NCBI GenBank assembly: GCA_024346625.1
Contig: AP024667.1
Span: 496,001-560,000, forward strand
Source of the DNA: Williopsis jadinii
Taxonomy: Eukaryota
Length of the DNA stretch: 64,000 nt
Direction of reading: 5' to 3'
Shown: positions 51,301 through 63,207 of the stretch, one piece after another
Position numbering within the stretch: position 1 is the stretch's first letter
Layout of the letters: the number at the start of each line of letters is the position of its first letter
Notes under the pieces: generated by a model
Told to the model about the DNA's origin: nothing
The model's input: the letters and a program-made list of their open reading frames with translations, nothing else
Databases searched by the model: none
Made by a program: the position numbers and the translations under genes

Positions 51301-54300
51301 CTACCATCCTGCTGAACACGGCGCAGTATGCCTTATTGGAATTGAAATTGCTTAACATCAACGTGCTTTGTAAGCCGATAGTTTTGATTGAGTTACCTAA
51401 CTAAGAATTGTGTCCGTCTAAACGTAATTGAAATATGGTCTCATAAGTCTAGGGTTCACATCTTATGTATAATTGCCCCTAGAGGAGAAACAGGAAATAA
51501 TCAGTGAGATATGGAATATATTTGACTGCTATTTTGGTACTGGTCTGTTGGCTCACCATCTTGACCCGTTGATTTGAATACGTTTACAGCTGCGTGTGAT
51601 CAATATTGACTTCATCAGCGAGGTGAAGGCAGTAGGTCGTTTATTACCTGAAATTTATTTACTGAACCGTAAACTGCAAACTCTCGATTAAATAATAGCA
51701 TATATATACGGGATTAGTACCGACAATTGGGATCAAGCCGATCCCATCATATGCAGAAAACGATTTAATAGACCTTTGCTGTATGCGATATCGTGGATAT
51801 CACAGAACTATCAATGTATCCACAAGTAGTACGAGCTGCAAGAATGTTATGGATTGATGGTCTTCCCAGAAAAGGATGTCCATCCAAGCTGTTATTCATG
51901 GGGTCTTAGAGCACAAAATTATCAACGTTGATCGATGTATGCTTTTTGTTTTTAGAGTATTTGTAATCCCCAAACTGTTGCTCACATCCAATCAACAAAT
52001 GAAAGACACATTTGGTCTCGCTGATATAAGTTTGAAGCCTTTGAGTCCAAGATGAGGGTTCGTACATGCAAACAAAAGGGGACTACACTTTCACATACTG
52101 ATTATGCAAAGACTTGCAACTTCCTAATTATTGTCTAGTTATAATATCCAACTTCTAACAATACGTAAAGCTAACTTGGTTATAATGCATAATATTTGGG
52201 GGTTGTATGTGACTCATGAATCACGAGGAATGCGTCACTGAACTGTAAGTATACAACACTGATGTTAATGCAGAACTTCCAACTGCTAAGACGTCCTTGT
52301 ATCCCGCATGAAGATAGATGTCCAGCAGAGTAATATGTATCATGGATCCAGGTATTACAAGTTCAAAATGTTAAGCTAACCTCAAAAGTACGAATACATC
52401 AGTCCCTCATGTTTCAACGTTGCATGACTTTTTTTGTTCACTAACATTTAGTGGTCAGTTCTGTGTGGCCACTACTACTGTCCCTGAATCACGATAATTG
52501 TTAACTATAGATATGTGTGCTGTGTTTCTGCCATTTGCACTATTCTCTTTAATTTCTGACTTCACATTGTACAATCGTGGCTCAGTGTCTTTAAGTTAGG
52601 CATGTGAGCTACTATTAATTGTAGCCCATTAGTGGTGTTTGTTGTCCGCATGAGCTAGACCTGAATATTACAAAGTACTGTCCAAACTACCAAAAATCAG
52701 AGACCAATGTCTATTGTTCAGTGCCCCGTCACATGTCCATTGCCCAATTTTCAAACGCACCCGATATTGGGATGGGAGAAAAGGGACGTTGTAACTTTCC
52801 GAGTTGAGCGACAGGGCAGATTGGCTCAGACATAACGTTCGATGAACCTAACACAATGGAAAACACTAGCCATGGTTCTACAATGTGTGTGTTATCCATG
52901 GCATTACTGTGACTGATCTCTCTCTTTTACGGTATTATATTCTCCGGCTATTTAATATGTACTTGTATTCAATGAACTCCACAGCTGTTGATGTAGCTCG
53001 TGAGAGCTATTAAGTACCGGACTTGAGAAATAAGGTGCTCATCTTCAATTCTGAGTCTATTGCCTTTCATAGAGATAATTTCCGAGTGTCTACGAATATG
53101 AGTTTTCGTTTAATTGAATAGACTAACAGAAATAGCCGTGGTTGAGCTACACATCATATCTGATTCGATCAATGTTGCACCCTAAACTTCAAAATTCAAG
53201 CCTATCGAGCACAATCTATCACTATCAGACAAAGATTCTATTCAATTCAGGTGTTTTGATGTAGGCTTCTATCCGTAGTGCATCAAAATGGCGTAAGAAT
53301 ATGGCTTATTCTTCTAGAAGTGGGTGAATGGAGATGCAATGAAATTTCAGAGGCACACTGGTTAAAACAGTATGCTATCGGCTCCGATATGTGTATGTTG
53401 AGTATCATGATCGAAGTTTATGACAAAACAAATCAATAAAAGGATGTCTATTTGAGGATCCATTATCCAGTTCGACTGAGCACTGAATATCAAATATTGA
53501 AAAGCTGTGGCGCTACTTTGGTTGGCTCAAATATCCAATTTCATACCTCAAACACCGAAGTATATCAATCAGCTCATCATGTCAACACATGGTCATGCGA
53601 CGATGTTTATAACAGAGCGCACCATGTGCTTGACTGTATGTAAAGCGCAATGCTTGATCATCGAAAGCGCATTGCTTCCTACGATCGAGGAGATGTTAAG
53701 CAGGAATTTTTGAGGTTCATGGCGAAGCTGACATCTTCTGAAGGGAATAGATCTAATCTAGAGGACACGTTTTAAACTCCGAGATCTACATTAAAGATCT
53801 CATAATTAGTTTTCTGCATAAGGCTTCAGCAGCTCTCACCAATTTCTGCGGTGTTCTACCTAGGCTCATGTTAAATGTTACAAAACTACGATATAGTGAT
53901 TGATTATTCAGGTGTACTGACACTCGGCTGTCTAATAGGGCTTTCCGCTTGCACACTGATCAGCAATACATCACACACGGCTGGGTTCGGGTAGTTTTAC
54001 AAAATTTCAGTTAAAAACATGCACTTGGTGCATAGATACAATTTACCAGTTTTTCAAATGCCTTTTGAATTAGAGATCTTGCGTTGATGTTCATTAAAAA
54101 CCAAACTGCTATATGTATGGCGTAGGAGAACTGCACTCAATTTTACAAGATCTCAGGAGCTTTGTCTCTGCCTAAATTTTCAACATGTTGACAATACATA
54201 GCATCTCAAATGAGAAGGAAATCCTGTGCTATAATCTATATTCTATTTTACGTGTAATCAAATGTTATTGCTCAAAAACAGCTACAACTAAAAACTGCAG

Positions 54301-55500
54301 CAAGCAAAACTTATTGAGAATTGATCACCATGGAGACAAGAAAAATGTGTTTTGCTAACCCAAAGTAGAGCATTACAAATTAGGACATGTTGTGAGTATT
54401 TGCTGTGTTGGTCACCTCCCTTCAACTTGAGGCCAGAAGACAGTACTAATTCCTGCTTTATTCGTTCAGAGAAGTAACCGAGAACATTGACTGTAATATA
54501 TGCAAGGTTTCCATACTAAAATGGCTCTCCTCCCTAAATCAGTCCACTCGCGTGTCTGGATTAAACGTTCAAGGCGATACACGATCCAAAAGTGTGTAAG
54601 CAAACAAGTTACAAGTGCCGCTCAATGATCAATACAGTTTAGTTTGGTGGGTAGTTCAAAGCTGATTTTGAATGTCACAACCTCAATATGCTCTTCATCG
54701 ACTGTTCTGTTCAAAAGCATTCTCATCATATAAAGTTGCGATAAAAAATGTAGTATACAAGCGACAGAGTATATAAATTGAGCGGCGAATATTGTACAGA
54801 CTTAAGCCATAAATGTGGTGTTCTCAGGGTCCACTTGGTGAGACGGCAGTCCAATCAAGTCAGGATATCTCTTCTCGTTATCAAGCATGCAAAGATAAAG
54901 TCGTATATATGGTACCCGTGCCATACTTGGACGTCTGAATGGTACATGCCCGGCTAATGTGATGTTGTTGAGCCGACGAATGCGAAGATTATGCAGACCT
55001 TAGTTCACCAATCTGCACCACTTTTTTTTCTTTCCTGCGTAACAAAAAGGATGCTGCCAAACCAAATCCCTTCGATGGCTACCAAGTGATCAAAATATTG
55101 CAATCACCGCGTGGACATTAGATGCTGTACACTTGGCACTACATGCTATGACTTGGGTCTTGTACTCACATAGAAACAACTTGGCAGTCATCATGTCCTG
55201 AAGTATTTATGGATAGTATCCGTCACACCTCATCAATTGCTGCCAGTTGTCAAACTTCCCCCCTCTGATTCATGCGGGTTTTGGTGAGTGATCCTGGTAG
55301 AAAAGTTCCAAAGTTGCAACTATCGGGGTGGTCTCTTAACCGGAGGAAACACTTCAGCCAAATATTAGGTCCAACAGAAAGCCTTAGTATGTAGCTTTCC
55401 CCAAACTCAAAGTCTAATTAGGCTTCAATCATGTGCTTATATGCACGATGATGCCTGGTAATGCACCATATTGTGGAAGTTTAAAGGTGTTCTTGCATGC
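48310..55500. other. ~7 kb gene-free, lower-GC region; candidate regional centromere
   Basis: No ORF over 70 aa in the ORF track; two sampled 60-nt lines are 28% and 33% GC; flanked by orthologues of centromere-linked genes. Confidence 0.5.
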
Positions 55501-55508
55501 GAAAATTG

Positions 55509-55886
55509 TCAGCTTCTTCGAAAGAGGTGTGGACGAATGTGTGGGTCCTGGGAACTTGGACGGTCAGGAGAATGTAGGCAGAGGAAATTTATGAAATCGC
55601 CATAGCAATGCTCAATCGGACATGGTTCTGCAGAGCTTACCGACCTTTTTTGGACTTGGTTTAGGCTAAGCTTTCCTCCATTGAAACTGTAATAGATTGG
55701 AAGTTGTTGTGACTTCCAAAACATACTTGCATGTTGGGGGATTAAGTTGTTGTCTCTGAGAATCTGATATAAGGGCACATTTAGCTGCATAGTTCTTATT
55801 CCATTCCAATTCACCAGAACGTAGTCTTGTTCACTTTCCGATATTACAGAGGACACAACAACAAATCCGGTACCATCACAGGACAT
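55509..55886 (-). CDS. Hypothetical 125-aa protein
   Basis: ATG-initiated ORF divergent (~200 bp) from the 56091 gene; no recognised motif. Confidence 0.3.
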   Translation of the reverse strand: MSCDGTGFVVVSSVISESEQDYVLVNWNGIRTMQLNVPLYQILRDNNLIPQHASMFWKSQQLPIYYSFNGGKLSLNQVQKRSVSSAEPCPIEHCYGDFINFLCLHSPDRPSSQDPHIRPHLFRRS

Positions 55887-56090
55887 TGAAAAGTCTACTA
55901 CACGTCAAATACAACTTCCACCTTTGAAGACTGAGCTCATTCGTCCCTATACAAGTATCAGACTTTTACGTCGTCGACTCGTTCCAGAAATTTCATTGCA
56001 TTCATAAACAAAGGTCATAGACAAACTCCCTGTCGGTTCCATTATTTTTCTTACAACACCCTTCTTTCACAAGACTCAGGAAACACAGGG

Positions 56091-57740
56091 ATGCCTGCAA
56101 GAACAAACACTTTCACGAGCTTTGTGAATGATGTCGACTCATTAAGATATCCAACTGATCCTGGATCTGTCGATACGCTCATCCCACCTTTGAGTTACAG
56201 CTTACAACCAAGGCCACCGTTCAATGCAAAAACCATAGAACCAGTCGAGGTTGAAAATCCTCCAGAGCATTTGGTTCAACTAGCCAGACGTCGGACAAGT
56301 AGATCGTCAAAGGAAAAGTTTTCACATAGAAAGGCCACTGGGTACTCAAGACCACAGGGGAGACCACTATCCAAGGAAACCACTGTCAGACTGACACTGG
56401 TTCCGACGCTGGGAATCTTGTATTCGCTACTTGTTTCTGACTCAATGCGCAAACCTTTAAAGGTGCTCAATTACTCCAATGAAAAAGGCTCAGTTAGCAT
56501 CACTGATGAAGAGTTATCAACTAGAAATGCTGTTTCAGGCTTTTCAAGCTTACTAAATGTCCAACCAGTGAAATTCGTCGAGGATATAAACTCGTCTCCA
56601 GAGGGGCATTCCAAGGTCCCTCAGCTTTCATCAATAGACGAGGCAGTCTATAACCTGTTTGGTATTTCAGAATACTCCCTTATCAGAGTAACAAGAGCAG
56701 CGGCATCAGAGATTGGGGGATCTGTTCTTCTCAAGCTGGAAACTGCAATGCCTGGAAATCTCTACCTTAACGATGATGACGAGGAGGATTTCCGTAGTAT
56801 CCAACTCAACAAGGAGATGTATCAAGAAACTCTCGGGATAATGGGGCAAAGACCCTCAACAACATTTCTGAAGAAGAAAGTGGCACGGCCTCGTTATAAG
56901 GCGGATATGCGTATCTACTTGATTCCAAGGGCTATCACATGTGCTATCTATTGTGAACCAAGAATTTTTAAAAGGGATCTCTTACGTGGCTTCCTCAATA
57001 TGAACACGGGGGAACGATCCATTATATCGGCATTTGACTATGGCGACTTCCTTCATGATTTGAAGAGTGAAGGTAATGCGGAGCTTCTGAGTATAAATGG
57101 CCTGCCAAGTTTGGGAGAAGTAGAGCTGAACCAAAAACGAGCAGCTCAGCCAGTACAACAGGTAGGACAGGCACCAGCTCCTGAACCACTTCGAGGGATA
57201 TATGAAGCATTGCCAACCGCGAAAAAGACTACAAATGTGGGCTCATACAACTCACCACAGTATGAGCAGCATCAAGTCCCCCAATATCCGCAAGTTACTT
57301 ATACACAAGAGGCTGCAGTGCAGCAACTGTATAACCATCAGCAACAACAGCAACAGCAGCAACAACAACAGCAACAACAACAACAACAACAACAACAACA
57401 AACAATGGGATATACTCCACAAGTAGCGCCAATGATATCATCCCCATACCAGGCAGGAGTTCCACCAAGACAGCTTGAGAAAACACAGATACCACCACTG
57501 CTGCAGTACCCAGGATCCCAATCGGGTACTCTGCAACAGCCAGGTCAGTATCTTATGTATAGTGCTCCCTCGGGACAGGAGTTCTCTCAAATGTCTTATG
57601 GGCTGAACAGGCCACCATTACCAATATCGGGGCCGTCACATCAACAGGTAGTTGCTGGGCAGTTTCTGCAGCAGGGCTTTGGTTACCAGGTCAATCGTCC
57701 ATATCAATATTCAACTAACGAAGAGCAGTCATATCCATAA
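56091..57740 (+). CDS. Uncharacterised protein with polyQ/Q-P-rich tail; possible Sum1-like regulator
   Basis: 549-aa ORF with an apparently globular core (LSKETTVRLTLVP, IDEAVYNLFGI, MRIYLIPR) and a Q21 tract. The Sum1 resemblance is from recall only. Confidence 0.7.
   Translation: MPARTNTFTSFVNDVDSLRYPTDPGSVDTLIPPLSYSLQPRPPFNAKTIEPVEVENPPEHLVQLARRRTSRSSKEKFSHRKATGYSRPQGRPLSKETTVRLTLVPTLGILYSLLVSDSMRKPLKVLNYSNEKGSVSITDEELSTRNAVSGFSSLLNVQPVKFVEDINSSPEGHSKVPQLSSIDEAVYNLFGISEYSLIRVTRAAASEIGGSVLLKLETAMPGNLYLNDDDEEDFRSIQLNKEMYQETLGIMGQRPSTTFLKKKVARPRYKADMRIYLIPRAITCAIYCEPRIFKRDLLRGFLNMNTGERSIISAFDYGDFLHDLKSEGNAELLSINGLPSLGEVELNQKRAAQPVQQVGQAPAPEPLRGIYEALPTAKKTTNVGSYNSPQYEQHQVPQYPQVTYTQEAAVQQLYNHQQQQQQQQQQQQQQQQQQQQQTMGYTPQVAPMISSPYQAGVPPRQLEKTQIPPLLQYPGSQSGTLQQPGQYLMYSAPSGQEFSQMSYGLNRPPLPISGPSHQQVVAGQFLQQGFGYQVNRPYQYSTNEEQSYP
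57339..57401 (+). repeat. (CAA/CAG)21 polyglutamine repeat
   Basis: Read directly from sequence. Confidence 0.95.
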
Positions 57741-58103
57741 GATCTGGCTGCTGTGGTGAGCACTCCAGAGGCTCTAAGAAACGTATGCCACGAACGCTAC
57801 ACTTCTATATAAACCTATATTTAATAAACAAATCAACAGAAGAGGTCACACTGGTGTCTCATGGAAGCACTAGCTGTAATCTCCCCTATATCTGTTGAGC
57901 TGTGGTGTACAGCGGGATTGTTGGCCCGGTGATATAAATCTCCATAGGTTAGTAAACATCAAAAAAGATATCCACAAAAACAACTTTGTATATTCTGGCA
58001 CTGTTGTGTGAGATTTAAGCACTAAGAATGTTGTTCCCTCTCTCGTCAGCTTCTTGTTGCCAAGGTTGTATCTAAGCAGCAAGATCAACAAGATCTCAGG
58101 TCC

Positions 58104-61028
58104 ATGTCTTCTTCGGATATATCTTCAAGCACAGAGAGTAGCAGCAATTTCAACAGTGATGTGTCCTTTGGAAACATACACCAGGTGACTGCCCCACGCT
58201 TTGGCTCAAAGACCTCTGTTGAAAGAGCTGAACGGGAAAATGTTATACCTATCTTGAAGTCATACAGTACTAATTCCAGTCCCATGAAAGCAAAACTTGA
58301 TAGGGATGCGGATGACGATGTTTACATGACAACCCTTAGAGCAAACGTCAAGAGCATGGGCGAATTCTTGGATAACTTGCCCAATTTCGGCGTTGACCCC
58401 TTTGGTTCAACAAGGCTAGAAATACAGGGAAATAACAGAGCAGTAGATGGTTCTAAAACAAGGCCTGGTTCTGTTAGATTCACCCGAAATGTCACCTTCT
58501 GTGACATCAACGACGAATTTCCAGCTTCCAACCAGCAGCAAACTACGCCTCTCGAGCCGTTGGTGTCTTCTCATGAATCTGGTCAAGTAAGCTCAAGTGA
58601 GTACAGCGCTACACCCGACACTTCCCTGCAAGATCTAAAGCATTTGCAACATCTTACAGCTCAGCAACTGGAGTACAGCTGCGTTGGAGAACAGCATTGC
58701 TTCGAAAGTTCCAGTTCCCATTCAACGCAGCTCCCAAAGAGCACCATCTCGGTTTTTTCACCAGCAAATGCAAGGACAACTTCAACTACCGTGTCGCCTG
58801 CATACGAAATGTCCGACTCCACCCACCATTTACAAGATGATACATTGTCACTCGCATCAAAGTTTAAAGACTTGAGCTTGGACTCTGTGCGGAAATATGA
58901 GCCTCAGTTTTCCTTAAGACTTTGTGAAGATGATGATAGGGAGAAGTCACTTTTACCAGCTGATGACTCCTATGAACAAGTTGATATTCTTGATCAGGAG
59001 CCACCAAAGTTGCCAAATTTCAAGCACATCAACCACAGCAACGTACAGGGATCAGCGTTTCTGAAAACAAATGTCGATACCGAACGGAGTTCTGTCAATT
59101 GGGGATTTGAGAAGTTTCTCAAAGATTTGCTTCTTCTTCTCAAGGATTCAAGTCCTATTGATGATGGAGACTGGGACTTCAAGGAAATCATTGCAAGAGT
59201 ACATGATGGTGTCAAGAATCTATGTCGCAAAGTTGATCTGCTCCAGGGCGACTTAGGGGCAGTTGAGACTCGTTTCTCAAGTCTGCAGCAAGATATTTCC
59301 GAAAGAGATCATACTATATTGAAGCTCAAGGATAGAATATCTCATATTTCTCTGAAAGCATCACTTATAAACAATGATCTAAAGACAGTAAGACTACAGA
59401 GTGCAGAAACAACCAAAATGCTCGCATCTGTCAACCAGAGCTATAGCCAACTAAAGAACGAAATGGTTACATCTGAATCCAGGGCTCGTGCTTTGTGTGA
59501 AAATGAATTCTTCAAAGCGATAAATGAAGTATGTTCCACTCTCACTGGAAAGTCGGTGAATTCAATATCTGATGTTATAGCAATGGTTGAAGAATTATCA
59601 ACGTTAAACAATATCACTAAGAAGCAGCTTGAAGCTTCCAAACTGACAGCATTGAACCTCAAGTTCCAAGTTCAAGAGTTAGAAAACCAACATGAAACAA
59701 CTTCATCAGAGATTCAAGAGCTATCACTTGAACTACAAAACAAGAAATGCAAAGAGATGGAGTTGACTACTGCTCTTAAGGAAGAGCAGTTTAGCTCTCA
59801 GCAAAAGTCTCAAGAGCTTCTGCAGTGTAAGGCTGAGTTGAAAGTGGTTGAAGCTTCTCGAGACAGTACAATAGCGATGAAGGAACAGCTTGAGAAACAA
59901 ATAGACGAGCTTCAAAGATCTAATGCGAAATTAAAGCTCAACTTCACTGAGCTCACAGTAAAGGCAACTAAAATGGAAGAGGTAATCAACGACCAAGTTA
60001 CACTGATGACTTCTGCCCAAACAGAGCTTGATACACATATGAAGACGATAGTCGCATTGGAAAGTGCCAATAGAGATAGCAATGACAAAGTTGAGGAGTT
60101 AAAATTTCAGATTCAAGAACAGTCTCAAAGGCATGAAGAAGAATCAAAGACGTTGTGTGCTGCATGTGACAAACTTGGTAGTCAAGTCCAAGAATTGGAG
60201 GCGCATATTGAAAGGGTTGAAATCAAGAGATGCAACAGTATACATCTGAAGGAGGATACTATCAAAGGCTTGAGGGAACGGTTGGTTGAATCTGAGCGTC
60301 GCCATGGTCAGCTCACACTTGATATAAGAGACCTTCGACAGAGATTAAGTGATCGAACCTCTGATGCTACACAATTAGATAAGAAATTGTCCACTATGAG
60401 AACTCTCCTACGTGATACTCGTGAGCTGAATGGGATATTGCGAGCAGAAACTTTGAGGAACAGTGTTCTGAAACATGAGCTCAAGCGATCCATCACAGAA
60501 TTGTCTAAAGCTATATTCAAGGATTTTGATGGTATTATTGACAGTGGTTCATTGACAACTATACGTGATAGTTTACAGTCGATCCAATTTCACACAGATG
60601 TGAACGACGATGACCGAGACCAAATTGAGAAGCTCAATGAAGCTGTTTTGTTCATACAGGAAGCTGTTCACTTGATTGTAAATGAAAGTCGTCTGGTTTC
60701 AAGACGAATGAGCGTCCAGAGCAGGGATTCTATCTCTGCGTCCAACGTGAACGAGCTCCAAAGAATAGTAGATGTTCAAAAGGGGAAAATCAAACGATTA
60801 GAAACCAAAGTGATGAACTATGAATCAGTTTTGAAAAAACTGTCAAGAGGCATGGTTGACGAAAATACTGGTCCTACTCCCTTTTCTTCCACCCAAGCTT
60901 CAGAAATTCTTTCACAACCATCCTGTGGACCAAGATCCGATTACTCAGATGGAGGGAAAGTTACACTACGTCGGTCCAGTAAAGAAGACATACAAAAGCT
61001 GTTATTTCAAATGGCTAACCAGAATTGA
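58104..61028 (+). CDS. Large coiled-coil protein of unknown function
   Basis: 974-aa ORF; Ser-rich N-terminus with SVRF/NVTF motifs, then a long heptad-rich region. Confidence 0.8.
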   Translation: MSSSDISSSTESSSNFNSDVSFGNIHQVTAPRFGSKTSVERAERENVIPILKSYSTNSSPMKAKLDRDADDDVYMTTLRANVKSMGEFLDNLPNFGVDPFGSTRLEIQGNNRAVDGSKTRPGSVRFTRNVTFCDINDEFPASNQQQTTPLEPLVSSHESGQVSSSEYSATPDTSLQDLKHLQHLTAQQLEYSCVGEQHCFESSSSHSTQLPKSTISVFSPANARTTSTTVSPAYEMSDSTHHLQDDTLSLASKFKDLSLDSVRKYEPQFSLRLCEDDDREKSLLPADDSYEQVDILDQEPPKLPNFKHINHSNVQGSAFLKTNVDTERSSVNWGFEKFLKDLLLLLKDSSPIDDGDWDFKEIIARVHDGVKNLCRKVDLLQGDLGAVETRFSSLQQDISERDHTILKLKDRISHISLKASLINNDLKTVRLQSAETTKMLASVNQSYSQLKNEMVTSESRARALCENEFFKAINEVCSTLTGKSVNSISDVIAMVEELSTLNNITKKQLEASKLTALNLKFQVQELENQHETTSSEIQELSLELQNKKCKEMELTTALKEEQFSSQQKSQELLQCKAELKVVEASRDSTIAMKEQLEKQIDELQRSNAKLKLNFTELTVKATKMEEVINDQVTLMTSAQTELDTHMKTIVALESANRDSNDKVEELKFQIQEQSQRHEEESKTLCAACDKLGSQVQELEAHIERVEIKRCNSIHLKEDTIKGLRERLVESERRHGQLTLDIRDLRQRLSDRTSDATQLDKKLSTMRTLLRDTRELNGILRAETLRNSVLKHELKRSITELSKAIFKDFDGIIDSGSLTTIRDSLQSIQFHTDVNDDDRDQIEKLNEAVLFIQEAVHLIVNESRLVSRRMSVQSRDSISASNVNELQRIVDVQKGKIKRLETKVMNYESVLKKLSRGMVDENTGPTPFSSTQASEILSQPSCGPRSDYSDGGKVTLRRSSKEDIQKLLFQMANQN

Positions 61029-61101
61029 AGCTATAAATCAAAATCATTATACCTGTTATTTTCTTTCTATTTGTTGCCTCTTAGACCGTATTCAGTAGCA
61101 G

Positions 61102-63207
61102 TTAGACTTCTCTTTCAGCAAAACTTTGAATCAAGCCAACTTCGGATTCCTCATACTCCTTTAGAATAACACTACCATCCACAATTGAGGTGTTTGCTTG
61201 GATGAATTGCTTTCTTGGGAGTCTTGCTCTCAACACAGCATCTCTCAGTTTTGCGAGCTCTGGAGTAACTGTGGATCTGTTAATGAAATACTCTGAACCC
61301 TTTTCAACATCACCAGAGGCTTTATATATGTGCAAGTGTCTGAGATAATCCTTGATAGCTTCATGACCAACAGATGGAATCTTGTCCTTATGAACCTTCA
61401 CATACAAGTCGCTGAAGTCTGGCTCAGTGTACACCAGCTCTGCTAATCCTGATTCTAGGAAAGTTTTCATGATGGAGAATCTGGCTTGCATGTGAGGTTG
61501 GCCCCATTTGGATGAAGATGGATCCCAAAACTCCAAAGCCAACAATCCTGCACGAGACATTTGTAAGAATCCAGCGTAAATGATGCTGTCCTGGTCTTGT
61601 TGTGATTCGAAACCAAAGATCTTGAGCAGATCTCTGTTTGAAATCAGATACATGGCGATTACCTCAGCACGGCATTCTTCATAGGCTCCAGCCAAAGAGC
61701 CAAACTTGGATCCCCAAGTTTCACCCTTCTTGTAGTAAGTTGTAACTGGTTTACCATCGAGTCCAACAGGTGGATTTTCGTGGTCATAGTTGAACGTACC
61801 ATCGTGAAGTTCACTCAACAATTTACCAGAGCCATGTCCAAGCAGTTCATGTATACCAACTTGAACTTCGAACGAGTCATTACGGTACTTGTTGAACAAC
61901 TCATGCTCAGATTCTTGGATAAACGTGATTGGTTCCTTCCCAGATTTCGCATTGAGAATGTTACCAAGAGAGACGTTTTTGAACCCAACTGTGAGCCTAA
62001 TGTCATCATAGTTTGGAATGTTAATACCTGCTGGGATACCAGAGCCAGCAAAAGTCAACACTTCGAGAGAGGTGAAGTCTGGAGGCGTGAACTTGTCCTT
62101 CTCAAAATCCTTTGACCATGGTAACAACTGGATAAAATCACCAGCGGATTCAACCAGTGCTTGAAACTTCTTGGTACGCTCCTTATTTTGAATTGACACC
62201 AGAGTCTCCCACTCTCCTGCAACACCACCAGGCTCTCTATATGTTTCGATAAACCCAACGTTGGTCTCAACAACCGGGGAGAGATCCTTGACCCAGTACT
62301 TTTGAGACTCTTTATGGGCCTCGATGGAACCGGTTTCGAAGGACTCGACGTAAGCTTCAATCATCTTGGTTTCGATATCGTTTGCAACGTAATCCTTGGC
62401 CTTTTCCAATTCGGCAGCGATTTGAGCCATTTCACGGGAGTGATCTCCAAATTTAATTGTGAGCTTATAACCTTCAGCATCAATCTGGGGAGGGTATGTC
62501 TTATCGCTTGACTTTAAAGACGAGGCAACGAGGATGTCATAATCAGTCTCGGAATTCTTTCTGATTCTCAAGTTCTCAAAGTAGACCTTGCGTTCGCCCA
62601 GAATCTTCTTGATAGTGTCGATGTTCTCCTTGGAGACGTCGCCAAAGTAATAACCTGAAACATGGCCTTCAGAAGGGAAGCCTAGCAGAGCAGACTTCTT
62701 ATCGATGGAGAACAGAGGTTCCTTGAGCTTTTCGAACAATTCCAATGATGCACCGGAGTCCTTGATGATCTGTTCAAACTCCTCTGTGGAGATACGTGGG
62801 ATGAACTTCTTATCACCAAAGGACGTATAGTTACCCAAGTTTGCGAGGAATTGCGACGCATACTCCAAGTAACCTCTCTTCGACGCCTCAGCGATCTTGG
62901 AGTAGTCGCCGTTGAGAGACTTATGAACATCCAAGATGAGGTCAAAGATGCCTTCAGACTCGTGCGACACCTGTCTCAAAACAACCCTTGTGCCCCAATG
63001 GCCAGCCTTCGAGAAGTGATGGGCATAGAACTTCTCCTTTTCAGTCAATTGGTCGAAGAAAGTCTTCGCAGTGAGTGACACGATTGGCGCCTTTGCATCG
63101 GCGTAGAAGTTTGATTTCTCAACGGCTGGTGATGACGAAGCCATGGCTCTAGTTAGTTGTATAGACTTGACCAGTATTTGTCTATGAGCTGTCAGTCGAC
63201 TTAGCAT
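61102..63207 (-). CDS. DPP3: Dipeptidyl peptidase III (peptidase M49)
   Basis: HELLGH and EECRAE zinc motifs, [18 protein letters not shown]. Confidence 0.96.
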   Translation of the reverse strand: MLSRLTAHRQILVKSIQLTRAMASSSPAVEKSNFYADAKAPIVSLTAKTFFDQLTEKEKFYAHHFSKAGHWGTRVVLRQVSHESEGIFDLILDVHKSLNGDYSKIAEASKRGYLEYASQFLANLGNYTSFGDKKFIPRISTEEFEQIIKDSGASLELFEKLKEPLFSIDKKSALLGFPSEGHVSGYYFGDVSKENIDTIKKILGERKVYFENLRIRKNSETDYDILVASSLKSSDKTYPPQIDAEGYKLTIKFGDHSREMAQIAAELEKAKDYVANDIETKMIEAYVESFETGSIEAHKESQKYWVKDLSPVVETNVGFIETYREPGGVAGEWETLVSIQNKERTKKFQALVESAGDFIQLLPWSKDFEKDKFTPPDFTSLEVLTFAGSGIPAGINIPNYDDIRLTVGFKNVSLGNILNAKSGKEPITFIQESEHELFNKYRNDSFEVQVGIHELLGHGSGKLLSELHDGTFNYDHENPPVGLDGKPVTTYYKKGETWGSKFGSLAGAYEECRAEVIAMYLISNRDLLKIFGFESQQDQDSIIYAGFLQMSRAGLLALEFWDPSSSKWGQPHMQARFSIMKTFLESGLAELVYTEPDFSDLYVKVHKDKIPSVGHEAIKDYLRHLHIYKASGDVEKGSEYFINRSTVTPELAKLRDAVLRARLPRKQFIQANTSIVDGSVILKEYEESEVGLIQSFAEREV

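Noticed and set aside
55687..55726. Possible 40-nt GTATGT...CAG intron in the 125-aa ORF
   Set aside because: No recognisable branch point, and splicing leads to a stop within a few codons.
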